Of a DNA stretch of 27,744 nt, positions 8,172-16,950 are shown one piece after another (the first letter of the stretch is position 1; every line of letters starts with the position of its first letter). Both the position numbers and the translations under genes were made by a program. The notes beneath the pieces were generated by a model. The model worked only from the letters and a program-made list of their open reading frames with translations, made no database searches and was not told the origin of the DNA. Source of the DNA: Candidatus Iainarchaeum sp. (GTDB lineage Archaea; Iainarchaeota; Iainarchaeia; Iainarchaeales; DTGL01). The stretch spans positions 1 through 27,744 of the forward strand of contig JAWALG010000010.1 in assembly GCA_038886995.1 (NCBI GenBank), written 5' to 3'.

Positions 8172-8229
8172 ATAAAAAATTATCCTCTCTGGTTAAAAAA
8201 ATTATCTTTTTTGCAAAATTTTTCAAGCT

Positions 8230-9006
8230 TTACAAATATTCACTTTTATCAAATAGGTAAGCACCAATAAAAACACTCATAAGTGCAAAAAGCAATGAAG
8301 CACTAAAACTTACAACTATGCTAAACTCTGATACTCCTATAAGCGACGCTCTAAGGCCATCCACGCCGTATGTAAGCGGGTTAACATAAGAGATAACTCT
8401 TGCTGGAGCCGGAATGCGTTCCAGCGGAAACAGTGCACCGGAAAGAAAAAATAGGGGAAAAATAAAAAGATTCATAATCAAGTTGAACCCATGCATATCT
8501 TTCATCTGCGATGCAAAAGCCAAACCAATGCCTATAAATGTAACCGAAATTAGGAACATATATGCAAATGAGAGCATAAGCCCAGCTAAGCTTCCAATTT
8601 TAAACCAAAGCAATGTGGAAAACAACAGTATCAATATACTCTGAAAAAGCGCAATTGTTGCTCCGCCAGCGATCCTTCCCAAAACTATGGATATCCTGCT
8701 TACCGGAGCAATCATAATCTCTTTAAAGAATCCGAACTCTTTTTCCAGAAGCACAGATATTCCAGCGAAGGTAGAATTAAACAACAGTGTCATACCCAGG
8801 ATCCCAGGTACTAAGAAGCTTTTGTAGTCTACATTGCTATTTCCTAGAAAAACTTCAGAGCCAGAAAACCCAAGCCCCATAAATATCATGAAAAGCAATG
8901 GTGTGGCAAGAGTTCCTATTATGCGTGATTTTGACCTATAGAACCTTATTATGTCTCTAAGCCATAATGCGTAAATTGCGTTTGAGCTTATTTTAGTTGA
9001 TGGCAT
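8230..9006 (-). CDS. ABC-2 type exporter permease (DrrB-like)
   Basis: FLVPGILGM, EKEFGFFKEIMIAPVSR..IVLG, FFLSGALFP and NPLTYGVDGLR. ATG 9006 follows GGTGA. Confidence 0.92.
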   Translation of the reverse strand: MPSTKISSNAIYALWLRDIIRFYRSKSRIIGTLATPLLFMIFMGLGFSGSEVFLGNSNVDYKSFLVPGILGMTLLFNSTFAGISVLLEKEFGFFKEIMIAPVSRISIVLGRIAGGATIALFQSILILLFSTLLWFKIGSLAGLMLSFAYMFLISVTFIGIGLAFASQMKDMHGFNLIMNLFIFPLFFLSGALFPLERIPAPARVISYVNPLTYGVDGLRASLIGVSEFSIVVSFSASLLFALMSVFIGAYLFDKSEYL

Positions 9007-9011
9007 GCATT

Positions 9012-9986
9012 TCACCCAAAGTTAGCTTTAATAACCTCTTTATTGTTTAAATCATCAGAAATTTTTTTGCCTGTCAATTGCAGGAAAGCATCTTCTAAGC
9101 TTGGCTTACGAAAGCTAACATAGCTTATCGTCAGGCCTACTTTATTAGCCATTTTTAGTATTAATGGTAGTTTCGTCTCTCCGTCTTCAACAGTTATTTC
9201 AACCAGCCCATTTTTTTCCCTAAAATCCTTTGCAATACCCGTTTTCATTAATTCAGTTGTGAATGGCTTTAGCTCTTTGCCGTCAACTTTGACTGATATT
9301 ATTTCTCCGCCGACCATTTCTTTTATTTTTGAAGGCTTTTCTAATGCAATTATCTTGCCTTCGTCTACTATTGCTACTCTATCGCAGAGAAAGTCAGCCT
9401 CTTCAATGTAGTGTGTTGTTAGCACTATTGTTATGTTTCCTTCTTTTCTTAAATTTTCGATGTAGTTCCAAATTTTTCGCCTTGTCTGTACGTCAAGGCC
9501 AAGCGTCGGCTCATCCAAAAAAAGAATCTTTGGCTTTTGTAGAAGCCCCCTGGCTATCTCAAGGCGCCTTTTCATGCCACCAGAGTATTTTTCAACTGCA
9601 ACATCTGCTTTTTCAGTAAGTTCTACTAACTCTAGAACCTCCTTTATTCTTTCGCTCATGATCTTCTTATTAAGGCCATACATCATTCCATGAAACTCAA
9701 GGTTTTCCCGCCCTGTTAATTTGTTGTCAAGCGCTGGTTCTTGAAAAACGATTCCAATGTTCTTTCTAACATCTGATCTGTTTTTTATATCAATTCCGGC
9801 AACGCTTACACTGCCTGAGGTAGGTTTTAAAAGAGCTGTTAGTATATTTATAATCGTTGTTTTTCCAGCCCCATTTGGACCAAGAAGCCCAAATATTTCG
9901 CCTTCTCTGACGCTAAATGATACGCCTTTTACAGCGGTAAAGCCGTTGAAATTCTTTACCAAACTTTTGACTATTATCGCTTGCAT
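9012..9986 (-). CDS. ABC exporter ATP-binding subunit (DrrA-like)
   Basis: Walker A GPNGAGKTT, signature YSGGMKRR, Walker B LFLDEPT, H-loop TTHY and C-terminal PSLEDAFLQLTG. Confidence 0.95.
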   Translation of the reverse strand: MQAIIVKSLVKNFNGFTAVKGVSFSVREGEIFGLLGPNGAGKTTIINILTALLKPTSGSVSVAGIDIKNRSDVRKNIGIVFQEPALDNKLTGRENLEFHGMMYGLNKKIMSERIKEVLELVELTEKADVAVEKYSGGMKRRLEIARGLLQKPKILFLDEPTLGLDVQTRRKIWNYIENLRKEGNITIVLTTHYIEEADFLCDRVAIVDEGKIIALEKPSKIKEMVGGEIISVKVDGKELKPFTTELMKTGIAKDFREKNGLVEITVEDGETKLPLILKMANKVGLTISYVSFRKPSLEDAFLQLTGKKISDDLNNKEVIKANFG

Positions 9987-10018
9987 CAGAGAACATTAGA
10001 CCAGACAAGAATTTTAAA

Positions 10019-10037
10019 TATATCGGATTCCGATATA
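10019..10037. promoter_or_regulatory. Perfect palindromic operator TATATCGGA-T-TCCGATATA abutting the ABC operon TATA box
   Basis: 9-bp perfect inverted repeat with a 1-nt spacer. On the minus strand it is followed directly by TTTAAAAT (10011-10018), about 25 nt upstream of ATG 9986. Confidence 0.7.
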
Positions 10038-10039
10038 CT

Positions 10040-10057
10040 AAAAAAGAAAAAAAAGAA
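10040..10057 (-). terminator. Oligo-T archaeal terminator
   Basis: T-rich tract (TTCTTTTTTTTCTTTTTT on the minus strand) about 10 nt after the stop of 10067..10261. Confidence 0.5.
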
Positions 10058-10066
10058 GGGAATGCT

Positions 10067-10261
10067 TTATACTACATCCCCAACATCTATCTCGCTGCCC
10101 TCTGGAATAAGTGTCTCCTGAAAGTCGCTCAGGGTTTTGTCCTCATCTATGGTTGTTGTTCCTCCGCCAGGTGTTGGCGTTGGCCCCATTTGGGTAAGCA
10201 GAACCGCAATTAGTGCAATTGCCACTATTGCAATTACCGCTATTAGCAGGATCTTGTTCAT
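10067..10261 (-). CDS. Small N-terminally membrane-anchored protein
   Basis: MNK plus a hydrophobic helix, Pro/Thr/Gly linker and acidic tail (EIDVGDVV). ATGA overlap with the upstream gene. Confidence 0.7.
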   Translation of the reverse strand: MNKILLIAVIAIVAIALIAVLLTQMGPTPTPGGGTTTIDEDKTLSDFQETLIPEGSEIDVGDVV

Positions 10262-11238
10262 TTGGATACACCCCCGTAGCTATTTTGTTTTCCGCTTGGG
10301 CTGCCTTTTTTGAATGGTGTTATCTGTGGATTTGAGATCCGATCTCGAATCCTTTCCCTCAGGCGGTTCATATCCATGTTCATATCTGCATAGCGGTTTC
10401 TAAGCCTTTCAAGGCGCCCCTCAAGTCGTTCCATTCTGCGTTCCATGAAGCGCTGCCTCGCAGCCGTAACCCATTGTTGTCTCAAAACCCTGGCTCTCGA
10501 ATTCATCTGGTTCATTCCGAACAAGGCATTTTTTCTCTGCTCAGGCCCTAATCCACGGATGGTTTCTCTGAGTTCTTTGATCGCTTCTTCAGCAGATATC
10601 TCGCCATTTTTCAACTTTTGGGAAAGCTCTTTTGCCTTGTCAGGAAGCTTGTCTAAGACCTCTTCAACCCTCTTTGCATTGTATTCTCTTATCAGAGATA
10701 CTATTTGGTTGTGCAGTTCCTTATATTCATTCCAGTCGATGTTTTTGAACTCTTCTGCTAAGCCCTGCTTGTTTTTGTCTTTCAGTATCTCCCTTGCATT
10801 TTCTCTGAATTGCTTTGTCAAGCTGATTGCATCATTTTTGAGGTCTACAAAAGTTTTCACAACCTCTTCGTTGCTATCCTTTATATTCTTTGCTTCTTCC
10901 GCAACCTCTTCTTTCAGCACTTTCATTTCTGCTATTATCTCTTTTAGTTCACTAGTGTCTTCTTCTGGGTAGTTTTTCTCTATGTAGCTTATGACTGCAC
11001 TGCCTCTTAGAATTGACTTCAGGACTGCTTTTTCCAGTTGAAGCAACCTTACCTTTGCCCCAATGCCGTTAGACATTGCTAGCATTTCCTTTTGCGTATT
11101 TTGGTCCACGATCGGCTGTCCAGTCTCTGGATTTTGCTCTTCTGTATTTGTGTCTTCGGCAAGTACGCAGCTGGTAGCCACTAAACTGACCAACAGCAGC
11201 AAGGCAAGGTAGCACGCCACACTTTTTCTTTTTTGCAT
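10258..11238 (-). CDS. Secreted alpha-helical/coiled-coil hypothetical protein
   Basis: Perfect SD GGAGGTGA (11243-11250) precedes ATG 11238. Signal peptide ending VLA-ED, E/K-rich helices and an Arg-rich C-terminal helix. Confidence 0.8.
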   Translation of the reverse strand: MQKRKSVACYLALLLLVSLVATSCVLAEDTNTEEQNPETGQPIVDQNTQKEMLAMSNGIGAKVRLLQLEKAVLKSILRGSAVISYIEKNYPEEDTSELKEIIAEMKVLKEEVAEEAKNIKDSNEEVVKTFVDLKNDAISLTKQFRENAREILKDKNKQGLAEEFKNIDWNEYKELHNQIVSLIREYNAKRVEEVLDKLPDKAKELSQKLKNGEISAEEAIKELRETIRGLGPEQRKNALFGMNQMNSRARVLRQQWVTAARQRFMERRMERLEGRLERLRNRYADMNMDMNRLRERIRDRISNPQITPFKKGSPSGKQNSYGGVSK

Positions 11239-11288
11239 TATTTCACCTCCATTTGTTGTTTTCTTGAATAAATATCGCTGGAACTGCA

Positions 11289-11338
11289 TTTATATTTTAT
11301 GCGGAATTAGCGGAACAAGTAGAGCAGTTAGCGGAACA
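11289..11338 (-). promoter_or_regulatory. Promoter with TATAAA box and upstream direct repeats (TGTTCCGCTAA x2 plus partial TTCCGCAT)
   Basis: Plus strand has TTAGCGGAACA at 11307-11317 and 11328-11338 (21-bp period) and a partial ATGCGGAA at 11299-11306. Minus-strand TATAAA lies at 11289-11294. Confidence 0.65.
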
Positions 11339-11349
11339 GAAATTAAAAA

Positions 11350-12075
11350 CTAAGTTTCCTTTTTTCCGGCATTTATCCCTATAAAATTCGTCATGCCACG
11401 CTGCTCCTTTTTCACGTAACCCCTTTTGAGCAACGCCTCAATGTTCCTCGAAACTGAGGATTTTGGAAGTCGTAAGGCCTCTGTAATTTCCTTCTGGGTT
11501 GCTTTGCCACCTTTCTCCTCCAAAAATATCATTATTGCGCGTTGTCTTTCGTTTAAACCTTCATAATTTTTCTTATTTTCTTCGTTTGCTTTCTTAGCAA
11601 TCTTTTTTTTCCTAATTATATACTTAGCTGCAAAAGCAGATAAAACAGCTATTAATATGGCTAAAATTGGCCAACCAATCAAACCCCGCTGCTCATTATT
11701 ATCAATGTAATACCAAACAAACAAACGTAGCGGCTCTTCTTTGCCAAACCCTTTTATTGTTATCACATCCCCCTCTGCCTGTATTGAGATTGATCCGCTG
11801 TTGTTGACTTTGGTCAATCTTGCGTTTGGAGGCAAGTGAATATCATAAACAAAGTCAGAAAATTTGTCGTTTATGTCAAGCAAAAAGCCCCACTTAGTTC
11901 CTTCCTTGTATGTTAATTCATTGTGTATGCCTTCGCTTAACAAGGGGTGGTTTGTAATTCCTTTTATTTTGCATAGGCCGTCTTTGCCTATTGTGATGCT
12001 TATGTCTGCATAGTATTCTGAGAATGCAGAGCAAAAGAAATTCAGTAGCAGCAAAAATAAGACTGTCTTTTTCAA
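11350..12075 (-). CDS. Membrane-anchored winged-HTH (MarR-like) transcriptional regulator with extracellular domain
   Basis: Signal peptide, beta-rich extracellular domain, a single TM helix and a basic linker. C-terminal LNERQRAIM..L...GG.ATQKEI...L.LPKSSVSRNI..L..RGYV.KE.RG..N.I is typical of archaeal COG2512-type HTH proteins. Confidence 0.85.
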   Translation of the reverse strand: MKKTVLFLLLLNFFCSAFSEYYADISITIGKDGLCKIKGITNHPLLSEGIHNELTYKEGTKWGFLLDINDKFSDFVYDIHLPPNARLTKVNNSGSISIQAEGDVITIKGFGKEEPLRLFVWYYIDNNEQRGLIGWPILAILIAVLSAFAAKYIIRKKKIAKKANEENKKNYEGLNERQRAIMIFLEEKGGKATQKEITEALRLPKSSVSRNIEALLKRGYVKKEQRGMTNFIGINAGKKET

Positions 12076-12082
12076 ATGATCA

Positions 12083-13063
12083 CTACCTTAAGAGCAAGTT
12101 TCTTTTCATTCTGTCATGGAACATGAAGTCATCTTCAGTGTCATTTTTTGCACCTTCAATAAAATCACAAATCTCGGCTGTTTTTGAACTTAGCTCATCG
12201 GCATAATAAACCACAATCGCTTCAGCCAACATTGGTTCCTTAGGTGATCCGTAGTCCTGTTTTCCATGGTGGCTTACAACTATGTGAATTAGCTTGTTTT
12301 TTGTCATTTCATCAATCGCAAATTCGTTGCATTTGCGCTCCAAAAAAATTGCCCCTAATGTTATATGTCCCAAAAGCTGACCTTTTGTTGTGCTCTTTAT
12401 CCTCGATGTGACTTCGAGCTCTTCAAGCTTCCCAATGTCATGCAGCAATGCTCCAGCAACTAAAAGGTCTCTGTTCATCGATGGGTAAAATTCGTACATC
12501 TTTTTGCAGATCTCAAGGACTTCAAAAATGTGCTCTAAAAGGCCTCCAACCCAATTGTGGTGTATCTCTATGGCGCCTGGGTGCTTCTTTATCTTTTCGC
12601 TGATTTCTTTTGTGCAATATATGCTTCTTAACATTTGGCGGAGCTTGCCATCTTCTATTTGCTCTATTTCCGAAATAATTTTGTTGTAGATTTCTTCCGT
12701 GTTTTTGGTTCCAATTCTTACGAAAGAGGACTCATCATAGCGGCCTTTTTCTATTACCTCTATTGTATCCGGCTCGTTCGTTGTTAGCTCTAGTTTTCCC
12801 TTGTATTTTGAAACTCTGCCTTTTATTCGCACAACGCAGTCCGGCTTTATTGAATCGTAAAGTTTCTTCACCTTTTGTTCATCAGGTCCGCCCCAATACT
12901 TGTAAGTTAAGCTCTTGCCGCTGTTATCAGAGAGCACGAGTTCAAATGCAAAGCCATTCGCATACTGTATGAAACCCTTTTTTATCTTTACTACAAACAC
13001 GTCATCGACTGATTCGCCTTCCTTTAAAAGCGAAAGTGGCTTTTTTTTAGCTATTTTCTCCAT
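12083..13063 (-). CDS. yhaM: YhaM/Cbf1 family 3'-5' exoribonuclease (OB fold + HD domain)
   Basis: N-terminal OB fold (LSDNSG...VRIKGRVSKYKGKLE) and HD-domain motifs HHNWVGGLLEH, ALLHDIGK, LLGHI, SHHG, GSP..P and ADELS. ATG 13063 follows GGGAG. Confidence 0.85.
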   Translation of the reverse strand: MEKIAKKKPLSLLKEGESVDDVFVVKIKKGFIQYANGFAFELVLSDNSGKSLTYKYWGGPDEQKVKKLYDSIKPDCVVRIKGRVSKYKGKLELTTNEPDTIEVIEKGRYDESSFVRIGTKNTEEIYNKIISEIEQIEDGKLRQMLRSIYCTKEISEKIKKHPGAIEIHHNWVGGLLEHIFEVLEICKKMYEFYPSMNRDLLVAGALLHDIGKLEELEVTSRIKSTTKGQLLGHITLGAIFLERKCNEFAIDEMTKNKLIHIVVSHHGKQDYGSPKEPMLAEAIVVYYADELSSKTAEICDFIEGAKNDTEDDFMFHDRMKRNLLLR

Positions 13064-13115
13064 AACTCCCAATTAATTAGTAGGTTGGATTATTTTAAAA
13101 ATTATTCCAAAATAG

Positions 13116-15773
13116 CTAGTGTGAGATGTCTTCAGCCCAGCCACTTTTTGTTTGATTTGCCTCATTTTTGCGCTTTATAATAAACTTTATTATGTCAATA
13201 GCTATTATGACGGAAAATGACAGAAGCACGCCCAAGCCCCAGTAGAAAGGAGGCAACGGCGTTGTTTCAAAGGGCCTATTCAATGGTGTGTAAATTATGA
13301 CAAGTGTTGCCAATATTGAAGCAACGGATGCATAAACTAGGTGTTTGTTTGCAAGTAGGGGCAGCTCATGGAAACCATAGCGCAATGACCTGAAATTGAA
13401 AGCGTTAGCTATCTCGAAAATTATCAGCGTTGCTAACGCAGCAGTCCTTGCCATGACTTCGCCACTTTTGAAATAGCCGTATGCAAGCAGGAATATGAAA
13501 AGGGTGCTAATGCTCATTATGAGCGCAGAGGAAATTATCAAAGGCAAAGATTCCTTGTCCATAAACTTTGTTTTTTTCCTGGGTTTTGACTTCATTACAT
13601 CGAATGATGGCGGGCTTAATCCAAGGGTTATTGCTGGCAAGTCATCTGTTACTAGGTTCATAAAAAGGATTTGCAGAGGAAGCAACACCAAGAATGGTGT
13701 CGCTATAAGGCCAAGCATGATTATGCTTATTTCAGCAAAGTTGCATGAAAACTTGTATGATATGAACTTCTTCATGTTGTTGAATATTGTCCTACCCTCA
13801 CTTATTGCAGTAACAATTGTGGCAAAATTGTCATCTTTCAGTATAAGGTCAGCAGCTTCTCTCGAAACATCTGTGCCTGTTATGCCCATAGCAACCCCAA
13901 TATGCGCCTCTTTAAGAGCAGGTGCATCATTTACACCATCACCAGTCATCGTAACAATCTCACCAAGATTTTTGAGGGCTTTCACTATCCTCATCTTGTG
14001 CTCAGGCCTTACTCTTGCAAATATTGCCGTCTTTTTTACTATCCTCTGGAGCTCATCGTCACTCATTCTGTCGAGTTGTTCACCCGTAATTACACCACCT
14101 CTTAAACCGATTTGGTTTGCTATTGAAATTGCCGTCTCTTTATGGTCTCCTGTTATCATCTTCACATCAATTCCAGCTATGTGGCAGGTCTTTATGGCAT
14201 CCTTTACTTCTTCTCTTGGCGGATCCTCTATTGAAACTATGCCTAATAACACTAGACCCTTTTCAAAAGCATCAGTTGGCTCCTCAACAGGCAAGTAAGC
14301 AAGCGCCAGGTTCCTAAATCCCTTCCTCGCAAGCAACCTATTTTTATGTAATAATGCCTTCTTTTCTGATTCACTAAGCATTTCAAGTTCGTTGCCTTTT
14401 TTTATATGTGTGCACTTTTTAAGAATTGCTTCAGGGGCACCTTTCGCATAGACAAAAAGCTTGTTATGCTCCTGGCAAAGCACAGCCATCATCTTGCTTT
14501 CTGAAGTAAATGGCACTTCTTCAACTCTCTTAGCATTTAGGTCTTCTTTGTAAATACCGGCTTTAGCAGCCATTACGAGCAACGCTGCCTCAGTTTTACT
14601 TCCGTATATGTTGAATTCCATGTCAGTGCCTTTCCTTGTTATTCTGGCGTCGTTACAAAGTACGGCTGCTTTAATTAAGGTTTGAAGTTCTGGGTGCTCC
14701 TCAACGTCAATCTTTTTTCCATCAACTAAGAAATAACCTTCACCTTCATAACCAATGCCACTTACATCGTATGAGCAATTTGCTGTAAGCACTTTTTTTA
14801 CGGTCATCTCGCCTTTTGTTATAGTACCTGTTTTATCGGAGCATATTACTGTTGTCTCACCGAGGGTTTCTATTACCGACATGCGATTAACTATTGCATT
14901 TTTCTGTGCCATGCGCCTTACACCCACAGCGAGAGTTATAATGAGCACGAGTGGAAGCCCTTCAGGAAAAGCAGCAACAGAAAGCGCAATTACTGCTATT
15001 GCTATTTCAACTAGTATGATATCAGTAAGAGGCATGTTCCTCGAAATCAGTATGGCACCACTCGTAATCGCGGACAATATTGCTACTATGACCATGACCT
15101 TTGCGATCTTGTTTATTTTTTCCTGTAGCATTGAGTGCTTTTCTGTTTTAGACACCATGCTAGCTATCTTTCCGAATCTTGTTGCCATACCAGTGCTTTC
15201 AACCTTCGCTACGGCCTTTCCGTTCATTATAAGCGTACCCATAAACAGCATATTTTTGTCTGAGATTAGGGCGCCATGCCTAAATGCTGATTTTTTTATC
15301 TCTTCGGATTCGCCTGTTAGAACTGATTCGTCAACCTTCAAATCTTTCTCCTGGAGTATTATGCAGTCCGCTGGTACTTTTTCGCCAGTGCGCAATATCA
15401 CTATATCGCCCGGCACTAACGCTCTGGATGGAACCTCTGTTTCTTTTCCATCCCTTATAACAACAGAAATGGGCATTAGCATACTTTTCAACGCTTTTAT
15501 CGCCTTTTCTGCCTTATATTCCTGAATGAAACCGACAGATACAATGATTACTATTATTGCAAAAATAGTGTAAGCAGTAACACTTTTGCTGACTATAAAT
15601 GAAAGAACCGCTGCTGCAAAAAGCAGGTAAACTATAAAATTTCTACTTATCTGCCTTAAGAGTATCCTTTGCGGCGATACCTTAGCAACTTCAACAATCT
15701 CGTTGTATCCAAACTTCTTCAGTTTTTCTTTAGCTTCAACACTGCTGAGACCTACATAGCCAGATTCATGCAT
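13116..15773 (-). CDS. P-type (P2, Ca2+-ATPase-like) cation-transporting ATPase
   Basis: TGES, PEGLP, phosphorylation motif CSDKTGT, KGAPE, DPPR, MITGD, TGDGVNDAPALK and M6 NLVTD. Confidence 0.95.
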   Translation of the reverse strand: MHESGYVGLSSVEAKEKLKKFGYNEIVEVAKVSPQRILLRQISRNFIVYLLFAAAVLSFIVSKSVTAYTIFAIIVIIVSVGFIQEYKAEKAIKALKSMLMPISVVIRDGKETEVPSRALVPGDIVILRTGEKVPADCIILQEKDLKVDESVLTGESEEIKKSAFRHGALISDKNMLFMGTLIMNGKAVAKVESTGMATRFGKIASMVSKTEKHSMLQEKINKIAKVMVIVAILSAITSGAILISRNMPLTDIILVEIAIAVIALSVAAFPEGLPLVLIITLAVGVRRMAQKNAIVNRMSVIETLGETTVICSDKTGTITKGEMTVKKVLTANCSYDVSGIGYEGEGYFLVDGKKIDVEEHPELQTLIKAAVLCNDARITRKGTDMEFNIYGSKTEAALLVMAAKAGIYKEDLNAKRVEEVPFTSESKMMAVLCQEHNKLFVYAKGAPEAILKKCTHIKKGNELEMLSESEKKALLHKNRLLARKGFRNLALAYLPVEEPTDAFEKGLVLLGIVSIEDPPREEVKDAIKTCHIAGIDVKMITGDHKETAISIANQIGLRGGVITGEQLDRMSDDELQRIVKKTAIFARVRPEHKMRIVKALKNLGEIVTMTGDGVNDAPALKEAHIGVAMGITGTDVSREAADLILKDDNFATIVTAISEGRTIFNNMKKFISYKFSCNFAEISIIMLGLIATPFLVLLPLQILFMNLVTDDLPAITLGLSPPSFDVMKSKPRKKTKFMDKESLPLIISSALIMSISTLFIFLLAYGYFKSGEVMARTAALATLIIFEIANAFNFRSLRYGFHELPLLANKHLVYASVASILATLVIIYTPLNRPFETTPLPPFYWGLGVLLSFSVIIAIDIIKFIIKRKNEANQTKSGWAEDISH

Positions 15774-15795
15774 TTAACAATTACGATAACAAACT

Positions 15796-16911
15796 TTATA
15801 ATATTTGCTTTCGCCTATTTGAAATTTCATTATACAATGCCTCAAACTTGTTTGCAACAACTGATTGGTCAAATGAGTTTGAATACGCGATTGCATTATT
15901 CCTTTTTCTTTTCTTTTCTGCTTCTGTTATACGCATTATTTCAGATAATTTGCTTATTGCTAACTCTTTTTCCGAAAAATCAACTATGTAGCCATTTTTG
16001 CCATTATCAACGAAGCTTTCAAATGTCGGTATTTTACTTAGCACAGGTATGCAACCAGACCTCATTGCCTCAATTGCGCTTATCCCGAAACCTTCATGGC
16101 TCGAGGCCGATATGAAGAAATCGCATTTTGAAAGCATTTCTTTTAGCTTTTTGTCAGAGCATCTGCCCAGGATCTCTATCCTGCCCTCAGCACTTTCTTT
16201 CTTGACAAGCTCTTTAAGGTCTTTTATTTTTTCGTCAAATTCTTCACCTGCTATGTATAATGTAGCATTGCTTTTTTTGCTAACAATTGCAAAGACACTG
16301 ATTAGTGTTGGCACATTTTTGTTCTTGCTCAAGCGCCCAACAAATATGAATGTATTCTTATCCTTTTTCCCTGGTTTGAAACCTTTTAGGTCAAATGGAA
16401 CCGTTATTTGCTCCAGTTTGCTCTGAGGCAAAATCTCCTGGAATTGCTTCAAGTCATTTTCGCTCACTGCCACAACCTTGTCTGCTAGCCTTAATATCGC
16501 CCTGCACCAAAAATAAAAGTAAATCCTCTTAAGCAGATTTTTGCCGGTGTGGAATATACCACCATGTGTGCTTATCACAACCGGTTTGCGATGAAAAATT
16601 TTTGTTAACAAGAAAAAGTCCGAGAAGAAGCCAATTCCATGTATGTGCAAAACATCGGCATCTTTTGAATGTCTTATTGCCTGAGGTGCTATCTTGTATA
16701 TGCCCAAGTCGAAAAAAGGGACACGAACAATATCAATGCAATCATGTTTTTCTCTTTTCGGCAATTTTTCTTTGCTGTTGCCGCATCTGTTTAGGCAAAT
16801 CACCTTGCAGTCGTGCCCCTTCTTTATGAGTTCACTGCATAGTGCTTCTATTGAACTTTCAACACCGCCAATGCAAGGCCAGAAGTGATGCGTTATATGA
16901 ACGATCTTCAT
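15796..16911 (-). CDS. Glycosyltransferase family 4 (GT-B)
   Basis: MKI...T..F.P.IGGVE, FVGRLSKNKN and EGFGISAIEAM (E-x7-E motif). Confidence 0.92.
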   Translation of the reverse strand: MKIVHITHHFWPCIGGVESSIEALCSELIKKGHDCKVICLNRCGNSKEKLPKREKHDCIDIVRVPFFDLGIYKIAPQAIRHSKDADVLHIHGIGFFSDFFLLTKIFHRKPVVISTHGGIFHTGKNLLKRIYFYFWCRAILRLADKVVAVSENDLKQFQEILPQSKLEQITVPFDLKGFKPGKKDKNTFIFVGRLSKNKNVPTLISVFAIVSKKSNATLYIAGEEFDEKIKDLKELVKKESAEGRIEILGRCSDKKLKEMLSKCDFFISASSHEGFGISAIEAMRSGCIPVLSKIPTFESFVDNGKNGYIVDFSEKELAISKLSEIMRITEAEKKRKRNNAIAYSNSFDQSVVANKFEALYNEISNRRKQIL

Positions 16912-16950
16912 AAAGTAAATCTGTTCTAAGAAGTTTTTAAAGCTGCCGTG

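Noticed and set aside
8172-8229. Repeated AAAAATTATC in the intergenic gap
   Set aside because: Low-complexity AT-rich sequence that is expected by chance in this genome.
11299-11338. Direct repeats as a CRISPR mini-array
   Set aside because: Only 11-bp units with a 10-bp spacer, two full copies and no cas genes. Promoter position fits an operator.
13690-13770. Lys in ATPase helix M5 (SYKFSCNFAE) as a sign of H+/K+-type specificity
   Set aside because: The Lys is four residues before the conserved Asn rather than adjacent to it, so ion specificity cannot be inferred by eye.
13495-15525. Long plus-strand ORFs (267 aa and 256 aa), and similar ones opposite other genes
   Set aside because: Antisense shadows of well-supported genes such as the P-type ATPase, with no motifs.
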